A stretch of DNA of 26,365 nucleotides from Gemmatimonadota bacterium (GTDB lineage: Bacteria > Gemmatimonadota > Gemmatimonadetes > Gemmatimonadales > GWC2-71-9). The stretch lies in contig JAOUIC010000001.1 in the NCBI GenBank assembly GCA_029884275.1, positions 1 to 26,365 of the forward strand. Direction: 5' to 3'. The first letter of the stretch is position 1; each line of letters begins with the position of its first letter. A program made the translations under genes and the position numbers. This document shows positions 1 through 7,777 of this stretch, in pieces. Below the pieces are notes generated by a model. That model was given only the letters and a program-made list of their open reading frames with translations, had not been told where the DNA came from and searched no databases.

Positions 1-458
1 GTCATCCGCTTGCCGTCAGGGTGGTCGGGAGGGACCTGGACTTCGAGGTCGCGCTGGTCCAGCGCCGGATCCGCGAGGGGGCGGTAAACGGTTTCCAGCG
101 TGATCCAGCTGTGGCCCCGCCGGGCCGGATCGATCCATGCCCGCACCCTGACCACGTCGGAACCGAGCCGCCGTGCGCTGGTGGGCGCCTTGGTGGTCGC
201 GTCGAACCACGCGGTCTCGATGTATCCGTCGCGCTCTTCCACCCGCGTGACCGGCAGCGAGTCGGCCTCCAGGATCTCGGACAGGACCCTGGTCGCGGTC
301 GGGACATCGAGGAAGATCTCTTCGCGGGCGGCGCCCCTCACCGGCGGGAAGTTGGGCCGGGGCGTGTACGGCTGGCACCCGGTGATGGCGACGAGCAGCA
401 GGAGCGCTGCGTGGGCAGCGACGAGCCGGATCATCGCCGGTCCGGTGATCCGGGTCAT
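1..458 (-). CDS. Hypothetical lipoprotein, 3' end truncated by window edge
   Basis: Not in the ORF track because it has no stop in the window. ATG at 458 overlaps the upstream TGA (ATGA). Frame is open to base 1: MTRITGPAMIRLVAAHAALLLLVAITGCQPYTPRP...DQRDLEVQVPPDHPDGKRM. Hydrophobic stretch ends in a lipobox-like ITGC. Confidence 0.75.
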   Translation of the reverse strand, partial: MTRITGPAMIRLVAAHAALLLLVAITGCQPYTPRPNFPPVRGAAREEIFLDVPTATRVLSEILEADSLPVTRVEERDGYIETAWFDATTKAPTSARRLGSDVVRVRAWIDPARRGHSWITLETVYRPLADPALDQRDLEVQVPPDHPDGKRM

Positions 459-1291
459 CGTGGTCCCTCGATGGCGCGGCGGACCTCGTCGAGGATCGAG
501 CCCACCAGGCTGGCGCTTCCGCTTTGCAGCGCGTGCGCCGGCTTGATGGCGCCGCGCTCGAGATGGTCGAGTGCCCGCTCCAGGCCGAGCAGGGTACGCG
601 CCGGGACCGGCCGGAACCGCTTGCTGATTCCCCACCCGGCTCCGAGCGCCAGGGGCAGTGGCGCGATCGCAATCAGCCAGAACGCCGAGAGGACGCTGAG
701 CACCACAGTGGCGGCGACCCCCACCGAACCGACGGCGGCGATGCCGCCGATGTTCGCGGCCCGGACGGGGCGGAGATCCGCCGTCAGCGCCACGTGGCAG
801 TATCCGGGCTCGAGCCTCGTGACCGTCGCGACGAGCGTGGCGGCGCGGGCGAGCATGAACTGGCGGTTCCGCCCGAACACGGCGCTGCCACGCTTGAGTG
901 CGGCCTTCATGCCCCGGAGTGGCTCCCAGGTGATTCGGCCGGCCTGCTGGCGCTGGATGGTCAGGAGCTCCTCGTCCTCGACGTAGGCGATGAGCGCCCG
1001 TTCGACATCCTCGGGTTCTCCCCGCACGACCCGCTGGGCCGTCACGACCCCGTCGCCCATGGCGCGGTCGAGGAACCCGCGCGGCGGCGGGACCATGAGC
1101 CGGCCGCGCTCCTCGAGCAGCGCCTGGCGCAGGTAGGGCTCCGGGATGCCCACCTCGCGGCCCAGGGCGATCACCTCGTCGGGGGTGAGCGACTCCCCGA
1201 TGTCGCGCTCGCCGGTCTGGAGTTCCGCGGCGCGCTGGATGATCCGTTCGATCGCGGCCCGGTCGACCCGGGCGGGGAGATGTTCGCTCAT
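455..1291 (-). CDS. Hypothetical membrane protein (278 aa)
   Basis: True start is MSEHLPARVD at 1291, an ATGA overlap with the thiolase stop; the ORF-track extension to 1834 lies in a wrong frame of the thiolase. Helical N-terminus (IERIIQRAAELQ...LTPDEVIALGREVGI) and a C-terminal hydrophobic hairpin (IGGIAAVGSVGVAATVVLSVLSAFWLIAIAPLPLALGAGWGI). Confidence 0.8.
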   Translation of the reverse strand: MSEHLPARVDRAAIERIIQRAAELQTGERDIGESLTPDEVIALGREVGIPEPYLRQALLEERGRLMVPPPRGFLDRAMGDGVVTAQRVVRGEPEDVERALIAYVEDEELLTIQRQQAGRITWEPLRGMKAALKRGSAVFGRNRQFMLARAATLVATVTRLEPGYCHVALTADLRPVRAANIGGIAAVGSVGVAATVVLSVLSAFWLIAIAPLPLALGAGWGISKRFRPVPARTLLGLERALDHLERGAIKPAHALQSGSASLVGSILDEVRRAIEGPR

Positions 1292-2493
1292 GCCAGCGCC
1301 TCGACGATGACCGCCTGTCCTTGTCCGCCGCCAATGCACGCGGCGGCGAGGCCGAGCCGCTTTCCGCTCCGTCGCAGGGCGTGCAGCAGGTGCAGGGTGA
1401 GCCGCGCCCCGCTCGCGCCGAGCGGGTGGCCGACGGCGATCGCGCCTCCGTCGACATTCGTGCGCGCGCGGTCCAGCCCCAGCTCGCGCTCCACGGCGAG
1501 GTACTGGGCCGCGAAGGCCTCGTTGATCTCCACCAGGTCCATGTCCTTGAGGCTCATCCCCGCCCGCTGGAGCGCCTGCCGGCTCGCCGGCACCGGCCCG
1601 ATGCCCATGATGCCCGGGTCCACTCCGGTCACGCCCCACGCCACCAGCCGGCCGATCGGCCGGAGGCCGTGCGCTGCGGTGAATTCCGGCGAGGCCAGCA
1701 CCAGCGCCGCGGCGCCGTCGCAGATGCCGGAGGCGTTGCCGGCCGTGACCACGCCGTCCTTCCGGAAGTACGGGGCGAGACGGGCCAGCCCCTCGGCGGT
1801 GGTGTCGGGGCGCCGGTGTTCGTCCTCGGCCCACGGCGCGGTCTGCCTTGTCTTGCGGTTGGTGACCGGGACCGGGACCAACTCATCGGTGAACACGCCC
1901 GCCTCCCATGCGGCCGCCGCCCGCTGCTGGCTCGAGAGCGCGACATCGTCCACCTCGGCGCGAGTGAGCCCGTGACGCTCGGCCAGCGCCTCGGCGGTCT
2001 CCGCCATCGAGCGGCTGCACCAGGAATCGCGCAGCGCCTCCCACAACAGGTCTTCGAGCGGGGAGGAGGCGCCGAGTCGCAGCCCCCAGCGCGCGCCCCG
2101 GACCACGTGTGGCGCCTGGCTCATGGATTCGGTGCCGCCGCAGAGGACGACCCGTGATTCCCCCAGCAGGATCTGGTGGGCCCCTTGGACGATCGCCTCG
2201 AACCCCGACCCGCAAAGCCGGTTGACCGTCACGGCTGGAGTCGAGATGGCGCAGCCGCTCCGCAGCGCGATGTGTCGCGTGAGGTAGATGGCGTCGGCGC
2301 TGGTCTGCAGCACGTTGCCGAACACGGCGTGGTCCACTGCCTCGGGGGAGATCCCCGCCCGGGCCATCGCGCCACGGGCCGCTACCTCGCCGAGATCGCT
2401 GGCGGAATGGTCCTTCAGCGTACCGCCGAAGGTGCCGAATCCAGTGCGCACGCCGGAGAGTATCAGCGCGGCCGGGGCGGTGGTGCCTGTCAT
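1288..2493 (-). CDS. Acetyl-CoA C-acyltransferase (thiolase)
   Basis: Thiolase motifs NRLCGSG (nucleophile Cys), VEINEAFA, GHPLGASG (His) and CIGGGQG (second Cys); 401 aa. Confidence 0.96.
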   Translation of the reverse strand: MTGTTAPAALILSGVRTGFGTFGGTLKDHSASDLGEVAARGAMARAGISPEAVDHAVFGNVLQTSADAIYLTRHIALRSGCAISTPAVTVNRLCGSGFEAIVQGAHQILLGESRVVLCGGTESMSQAPHVVRGARWGLRLGASSPLEDLLWEALRDSWCSRSMAETAEALAERHGLTRAEVDDVALSSQQRAAAAWEAGVFTDELVPVPVTNRKTRQTAPWAEDEHRRPDTTAEGLARLAPYFRKDGVVTAGNASGICDGAAALVLASPEFTAAHGLRPIGRLVAWGVTGVDPGIMGIGPVPASRQALQRAGMSLKDMDLVEINEAFAAQYLAVERELGLDRARTNVDGGAIAVGHPLGASGARLTLHLLHALRRSGKRLGLAAACIGGGQGQAVIVEALA

Positions 2494-2505
2494 CTCAGCA
2501 CGCCG

Positions 2506-2955
2506 CTACTCGCCATCCTTCTCGGCGGCCTTCTCCGCTTCCTTGGCGGCCTCTGCATGGCGTTTGGCGGTGCGCTTCGCGTCCCAGTAGAGCTTCACGA
2601 TCATGGCGCGCCCCGCGGGAGGATCGGCGGAGAGCTCGTACTCGGCGGTGACGAAGACTTCGATTTCGTAGCTGTCGCCCGACATGGACTTCCTGACTCT
2701 GGGTCGCTGGACCCCGGACTGCAGCGGCCGAAGCTCCACCAGCCCGGGGGCGACCTGCGTCTGTGTCCGGTCGCCGAGTTCGACCCGGTAGGTATCACCG
2801 CCTCGGAGGACGACGCGGATGAACTCCCCCCGGGTGGTGAAGCTCTGGCTTGCCAGCAGGGTGTCGGTCGCCTTCTCCGCGGACGGCGCATCCTGGGCGG
2901 CCAGCGGGGCGCCCAGCAGTGCCAGCGCGGTGACGACGGTGGGTGAAATGCGCAT
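2506..2955 (-). CDS. Hypothetical secreted protein (149 aa)
   Basis: Start MRISPTVVTALALLGAPLAAQD has a Sec signal (ALA/AQ-type cleavage). SD AAGGAG lies upstream of the ATG at 2955. Confidence 0.75.
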   Translation of the reverse strand: MRISPTVVTALALLGAPLAAQDAPSAEKATDTLLASQSFTTRGEFIRVVLRGGDTYRVELGDRTQTQVAPGLVELRPLQSGVQRPRVRKSMSGDSYEIEVFVTAEYELSADPPAGRAMIVKLYWDAKRTAKRHAEAAKEAEKAAEKDGE

Positions 2956-3035
2956 ACTTCCTTCTCCTTGTTGAGCCTGGGCGCTGCCACGCTGCACTCA
3001 GGAAAATAGGCGGATTGGCGCCGGACAGGGGCTGC

Positions 3036-4559
3036 TCAGGGCGCCGACCGGGTGTACACCGCCTCGCCCTGCAGCCCGAGGACCGCTTCGCTCGGCTCGC
3101 CCTTCGGATCGAGCCGGAAGGTGACGAAGTCGCGGCCGAGGGAGCGGTCGCGCCAGGTGATCCGGTAGGTGTCGAAGTGCCAGCGGTCGAGATCGCCGAC
3201 GAAGGCCGGCCCCTGGCGCAGGACCGGCTTGTCGTCCTCGATCGCGAGGGTGAAATCGCCGTACATCCGGTGGCGGTAGGTACCGGCGAACCGCTCGACC
3301 GGGAGGGAGGGTTCGGTTCCGGTGATGCGGGAGGAGTCGATCTTCGCTTCGCGCTCCTTGCCCTCCTTGACGATGCTGTCGGTCGCCAGCTTCCACTCAC
3401 GGCTCCAGTCGCGGCCGCCACCGCCGATGAAGGCGTCGAAGATGCGGTATTGCAGCGGGGTGCGGAGCGGAGAGCCGCTGAGATTGGAGAGCATCACAAA
3501 GCCGACACCCTCCTCCGGCATGAGGGCCACGTACGCGGACATCCCGTCGAGGTTGCCGCCATGCTGGATCAGCATGCGTCCCCGGTAGTCCTGCAGGAAC
3601 CACCCCATCCCATACGCATAGAAGTGCCCCTCGGGAACCAGCTTCTGCAGCAGCCCGGTGCGGGGAATGACGGTGTGAGGCGAGTGGGTCTCGGCGATGA
3701 CCGCGGAGTCGACGATGCGGCGGTCTCCCAGGCGGCCGTCACGGAGCTGGAGGCGCACCCACTGCGCCATGTCGGCGACAGTGGAGTTGATGGACCCCGC
3801 GCCGCCGATGTTGTCCACGTTGCGCCAGCCGATCACCTGGATCGTGTCGTGAATCTCCTCATGAGGCGTTGCCACGTTCGCGAGCCCCTCGAGCGCCGTG
3901 ACCGAGGTGTTCGTCTCCAGCATGCCGAGCGGGAGGAAGATCTGCTCGCGCACCAGGCGGTCCCATGTCGTGCCCGCGGCCTTCGCCGCGATCTCCCCGG
4001 CCGCGGTGAACATGATGTTCTGGTAGCCGTAGGTGCTCCGGAAGCTCCAGCTCGGCTGGAGGTACCGGACCCGCTGCACGACCTCGTCGCGGGTGAACGC
4101 CGTCCCGTACCAGAGCCCGTCGCCGCGCGACAGGCCGCTCCGGTGACTGAGCAGGTCACGCAGCGTGAGTTCGCGGGTGACGTACGGGTCGAACACCTGG
4201 AATCCCGGCATGCGGTCGGCGGCGCGGTCGTCCCAGGCAAGCTTTCCGTCGCTGGCGAGCATCCCCACGAGGGTGGCGGTGAACGCCTTGCTGCACGACG
4301 CGATGGCGAACATGGTGTGTTCGTCGACCGGGTCGGGCTTCCCCAGCTCGCGTATCCCGAAGCCGCGGGAGAAGATGACCGAGTCGTCCTTGACGATGGC
4401 CAGCGCGAGTCCGGGCACCTTCCAGTCCTGCCGCATCTGTTCCACGTACGCGCTGAGTCCGTCGAGCGGGTCCTTGCTGGCGCGCTGGGCGATGAGTGTG
4501 GTCGCGCCGGTGGAAGCTGCAACGGCGGCAGTGCAGATGAACCAGCGGGCAGGTCGCAT
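3036..4559 (-). CDS. Serine hydrolase, beta-lactamase/PBP-like family with C-terminal DUF3471-like domain
   Basis: SxxK (IASCSK), YxN (YGYQN) and HGG (LIQHGGNLDG) motifs; signal peptide MRPARWFICTAAVAAST...; start moved to the ATG at 4559. Confidence 0.92.
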   Translation of the reverse strand: MRPARWFICTAAVAASTGATTLIAQRASKDPLDGLSAYVEQMRQDWKVPGLALAIVKDDSVIFSRGFGIRELGKPDPVDEHTMFAIASCSKAFTATLVGMLASDGKLAWDDRAADRMPGFQVFDPYVTRELTLRDLLSHRSGLSRGDGLWYGTAFTRDEVVQRVRYLQPSWSFRSTYGYQNIMFTAAGEIAAKAAGTTWDRLVREQIFLPLGMLETNTSVTALEGLANVATPHEEIHDTIQVIGWRNVDNIGGAGSINSTVADMAQWVRLQLRDGRLGDRRIVDSAVIAETHSPHTVIPRTGLLQKLVPEGHFYAYGMGWFLQDYRGRMLIQHGGNLDGMSAYVALMPEEGVGFVMLSNLSGSPLRTPLQYRIFDAFIGGGGRDWSREWKLATDSIVKEGKEREAKIDSSRITGTEPSLPVERFAGTYRHRMYGDFTLAIEDDKPVLRQGPAFVGDLDRWHFDTYRITWRDRSLGRDFVTFRLDPKGEPSEAVLGLQGEAVYTRSAP

Positions 4560-4573
4560 GGAAACTCCGGGGT

Positions 4574-5125
4574 TCAGTCGCCGTTCGAGGTGAGGTAGCG
4601 CGCCGGGATCGGGTTGTCGGGCCGCTCCCCCTCCCAAAGGACCGTGACGACCCACCACCGCGTTCCGTCCGAGCGCAGCTGGATGCTGTTGATGCCCCTC
4701 GCGAAGGGGAGTGAGTCGGCCTCTGCGTGGCGGCTTTCGTAACTGCTGAAGGCGTGCGCCATGTTGCCATAGCGCTCGCTCTGTCGGGCGATCTCCCGCT
4801 CGAAGAAGCCGTCCGCCTCGAGCTGCGAACCGGCGCGCGTGATGTACTCCTCGACGTCCCAGTTGACCAGGAACCAGGTGCCGTCCCGGCGCTTGCCGGT
4901 CGGGATCAGGCGGGCGCCCGGCGCGAACAGCGAGCGCATCCGGTTCCAGTCGCGTGGCGTTCCGGCCGGGCCCGAGATCACGTCATAGAGCGCGGCGATG
5001 ATGGCGTCCTCCGAGGCGACATCCGCCGGCCGGGCGGTGACCGGCGCGGCGGCAGCGGTGTCCTGTGCCCGGGCCGGCGCAGCGTGGACCGCCAGGAAGG
5101 CTGCCACGAACAAAGAAATCCGCAT
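4574..5125 (-). CDS. Secreted NTF2/SnoaL-like fold protein
   Basis: Signal peptide MRISLFVAAFLAVHAAPARAQD; AIIAALYDVISGPAG..RDWNRMRSLF and RGINSIQL...WWVVTVLW pattern of NTF2-like proteins. Confidence 0.75.
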   Translation of the reverse strand: MRISLFVAAFLAVHAAPARAQDTAAAAPVTARPADVASEDAIIAALYDVISGPAGTPRDWNRMRSLFAPGARLIPTGKRRDGTWFLVNWDVEEYITRAGSQLEADGFFEREIARQSERYGNMAHAFSSYESRHAEADSLPFARGINSIQLRSDGTRWWVVTVLWEGERPDNPIPARYLTSNGD

Positions 5126-5174
5126 GGGTCGGTCCGTGAAGTGTGGGGAGGGAACGCCGGGACCGAACGCTGCC

Positions 5175-5894
5175 TTACTCGGCGACGTAGTGCCCGCAGC
5201 TCACGCAGTGTTTCCAGCCGATCTCGATTTCGGCCTGGCAACTCGGGCAGCGGACCATGCTCTGGTTCTGGCCGCAGTGCGGACAGAAGTTCACGGTGCG
5301 GGTCGAGGGGAGTTTGCCGCCGCAGAAACTGCAGCGTGCTCCCGATTCCCGGCGTCGGGCGGACGGAGGATCGACGTCCGCGACGATGCGGGGCGGGGGA
5401 GGGAGCACGACCGCGGGCGGAGCCGGTTCAGCAGTGAAGGCGACCCGGCGGGCGCTCTCCAGCTGCGGGACCGGCGCGGATGCGGGTGGGGCCGCCGGGG
5501 CCGCCGCCGGAGGGTCGTCTTCCGGCGGTGCGAACTGCTCGTCGGGTCCGGGGCCGAGTGCGTGGGCCAGCGGCTCGGTACACAGCATGAGCTCCGCCCG
5601 CGGATGTTCCCGGAGCACTCCCAGGTCCGGGTTGGGAGAAGTCACCTGGTCGCGAAAGACCTGGGCGATGTCCTCGGAGCTCATCTGGACGTACCCCCCC
5701 TCGCCGGCACAGAGGCGGAGGATGAGCATGTCGTAGTCTTCCGCCGACTCGATGGAGAGCGATCGGCGGTTGGTCCGGTAAGGGATGATGGAGTTCAGCA
5801 GATCGGCCAGCGCGACGGGCCGGTGGAGGCGTGCCGGGTCAATCGCGATTAGGTTATCCACCAGGCGGCGAAAGAGCCGTTCAAGGTCAGTCAT
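5175..5894 (-). CDS. Double zinc-ribbon domain protein
   Basis: Four C-terminal CxxC pairs (CSFC, CPHC, CPSC, CVSC) joined to an N-terminal domain by a Pro/Ala linker; sigma70 promoter directly upstream. Confidence 0.85.
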   Translation of the reverse strand: MTDLERLFRRLVDNLIAIDPARLHRPVALADLLNSIIPYRTNRRSLSIESAEDYDMLILRLCAGEGGYVQMSSEDIAQVFRDQVTSPNPDLGVLREHPRAELMLCTEPLAHALGPGPDEQFAPPEDDPPAAAPAAPPASAPVPQLESARRVAFTAEPAPPAVVLPPPPRIVADVDPPSARRRESGARCSFCGGKLPSTRTVNFCPHCGQNQSMVRCPSCQAEIEIGWKHCVSCGHYVAE

Positions 5895-5903
5895 CGCAGG
5901 CTG

Positions 5904-5932
5904 AGACTAGGGTAGCCCCACCGCAGTGTCAA
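5904..5932 (-). promoter_or_regulatory. Sigma70-type promoter TTGACA-N17-TAGTCT
   Basis: Perfect -35 (5932-5927), 17-nt spacer, -10 at 5909-5904, 9 nt before the ATG at 5894; no SD present. Confidence 0.7.
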
Positions 5933-5945
5933 GCAAGGAGTCTGC

Positions 5946-6809
5946 ATGCGTGTGATTCCGATGACCGCGGGTCTCCTGCTCGTGGCTGGTGCCGCTTGGG
6001 CGCAGGGGACCTGCAAGCCCGGCGATGGCTCCAATGAGGCCGAGGTTTTCCGGGACATGTCGGTCCCGCTGGCATTCAGTCAGGGGCAGGCGCCATGGAC
6101 TTTCCTTCCCGGGGCGATTCTCGCGGTGGCGGAGGTATCCGACGTCCCGACGATCGACGATAAGACCGCCACCCCCTCGAAGTGCCGGCCCGGCACCGGC
6201 CCCGACAACTGGGGGTCGGTCAGTATCGCGCCCAGGCTCCGGGTCGGGTTCTCGCTCTCCAACGCGGCCATGCTCGAAATGAGCTGGACTCCGCCCATTC
6301 GCATCTCGGGGGTCAAGCCCAACCTGTGGAGCTTTGCGCTTTCCCGGACGGTCCCGCTTGGCAAGAAGGGGGCGCTGATGACCGGGCGCATCCACACCAC
6401 GATCGGGAGTATCCGGGCTCCGGTGACCTGTTCAGAGGACGCCGTCGATGACCCCACGGATGTCTGCTACAACGGCGAGGTCTCCGACGACAAGTACAAG
6501 CCTGGCATCTACGGGGGCGAGCTGACCATCGGCAAGGACTTCGCCGGAGGGCGCCTGCGGCCCTACGCGGGCGGCGGGTACAACCTGCTGCGGCCGCGGT
6601 TCGAGCAGGATGCGCGCGATTCGACCGGCCAGAAGCTGGACCAGAAGGTCGAGGTCAACACCGGCCAGTGGATCGTCTTCGGCGGCCTCACCTGGGCCAT
6701 CGCTCCCGCCTTCCACGTGAGCGGCGAGGCCTACTCGGCGCCGGCGGACGCCTTCACCTGGCGGGCCCGGGCGACCTACGTGTTCGGGGGGAAACACAAG
6801 CGGCGCTAG
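5946..6809 (+). CDS. Secreted, probable outer-membrane beta-barrel-like hypothetical protein
   Basis: SD AAGGAG; signal peptide MRVIPMTAGLLLVAGAAWAQG; alternating amphipathic strands (RLRVGFSL, LRPYAGGGYN, WRARATYVF) with a near-terminal aromatic YVF. Confidence 0.7.
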   Translation: MRVIPMTAGLLLVAGAAWAQGTCKPGDGSNEAEVFRDMSVPLAFSQGQAPWTFLPGAILAVAEVSDVPTIDDKTATPSKCRPGTGPDNWGSVSIAPRLRVGFSLSNAAMLEMSWTPPIRISGVKPNLWSFALSRTVPLGKKGALMTGRIHTTIGSIRAPVTCSEDAVDDPTDVCYNGEVSDDKYKPGIYGGELTIGKDFAGGRLRPYAGGGYNLLRPRFEQDARDSTGQKLDQKVEVNTGQWIVFGGLTWAIAPAFHVSGEAYSAPADAFTWRARATYVFGGKHKRR

Positions 6810-6842
6810 CCGCCTCCGTTCTCCCAGGGGCCAGGAGATCGC

Positions 6843-7229
6843 GTGCACGGGCTGATCGAACGACTGCAGGCCGCGCTGGCAGGTCAGTACCGGGTTGACC
6901 GGGAGCGGCACCTCCCCCTTGACGAGAGGGTCGGTCTCATGGGGGAGTGCGCCAGCGCACTCGACTGCGCTCACGCCGCCAGCATCATCCACCGCGACAT
7001 CAAGCCCGAGAATGTCCTGCTGAGCGGTGGCCAGGCCTTGGTCGCCGACTTCGGCATCGCCCACATCGCCGAAGGCGCCCAGCCGCTCACCGAACCGAGC
7101 AGCGGCGCCTGCACGAGGAATTCCGGGCGGTCGCCCGGGACTGATCAGTCGGCGGCGTCCGCGAGGGGAAACTGCTCGCCCCCGGCCAGCCGCCGCTCCA
7201 GCGCTGTGAAGTCCAGGTCGGGGTCGTAA
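6843..7229 (+). pseudogene. Ser/Thr protein kinase remnant with internal deletion and 3' truncation
   Basis: SD AGGAG and GTG start. HRDIKPEN and ADFGIA are intact, but the Gly-rich loop, VAIK lysine and alphaC Glu are absent, and similarity stops after QPLTEP (~7100). The rest of the ORF runs antisense into rnhA. Confidence 0.8.
7124..7139. terminator. GC hairpin just downstream of the rnhA stop
   Basis: CCGGGC-GGTC-GCCCGG, 5 nt after the rnhA stop; no U-tract, so weak support. Confidence 0.3.
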
Positions 7230-7777
7230 CCGGGAAACTGCCCCTTCGCCTGCCGAGTCGAGAGCCAGCCGCCGAACCCCGACTCGACCGCCCCTTGGCT
7301 GGTGACCTGATCGGTCGCCGCCTTCACCGCGAGGTCGTTGGCGTACTCGTTCTTCGGGTGTCCCTGATGCCCCCGCACCCAGGTCCACTGGGCCTCATGC
7401 CGCGCGGCGGAGTCGACCAGCACTCTCCATAACTCCAGGTTCTCGATCTGCCCGCCCTTCCGCGTCCACCCGCGTGATCGCCAGGCGGGCACCCAGTCCC
7501 GCATTCCCTTGACCAGATATTCGGAGTCCGACACCAGCAGCGCTTTCAGCCGCTTGCCCTTCCCGGCAAGGAGCTGGAGCCCCGCGATGGCTCCGGCCAG
7601 CGCCATGCGGTTGTTGGTGGTGTCGGGAGCGTGGATGTAGAAGTCGCGGCGCTGGATCGCACCGGCGGACCGGACCTCGATCAGGCCGGCGGCGCCGCCA
7701 GGCGTGGCGCGGTCCTGGCCGTTGCCGAGGCAGCTCTCATCCAGATGGAGAATTGCGATGGGAAGTGGTGCGGGCAC
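7145..7777 (-). CDS. rnhA: Ribonuclease HI with variant active site
   Basis: [26 protein letters not shown]...GW, NLELW and [18 protein letters not shown] align with type 1 RNase H. GTG at 7777 is the only canonical start near the N-terminus, so the start is uncertain; it overlaps usp by 41 nt. Confidence 0.88.
   Translation of the reverse strand: MPAPLPIAILHLDESCLGNGQDRATPGGAAGLIEVRSAGAIQRRDFYIHAPDTTNNRMALAGAIAGLQLLAGKGKRLKALLVSDSEYLVKGMRDWVPAWRSRGWTRKGGQIENLELWRVLVDSAARHEAQWTWVRGHQGHPKNEYANDLAVKAATDQVTSQGAVESGFGGWLSTRQAKGQFPGYDPDLDFTALERRLAGGEQFPLADAAD

Noticed and set aside
1292-1834. N-terminal extension of ORF 455-1834
   Set aside because: It is an Arg/Gly/Pro-rich off-frame reading of the thiolase; the ATG at 1291 gives a clean ATGA coupling.
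3036-4559. Serine hydrolase as an antibiotic-resistance beta-lactamase
   Set aside because: The SxxK/YxN/HGG motifs with a C-terminal extension fit the broad peptidase/esterase family; there is no mobile context or specific evidence.
2943-4598. Long plus-strand ORF (551 aa), and similar antisense ORFs such as 21-986, 524-1975, 13140-14075, 15201-16652 and 23125-24429
   Set aside because: They are shadows of real opposite-strand genes; stop codons are scarce at this GC content, and they carry no recognisable motifs.
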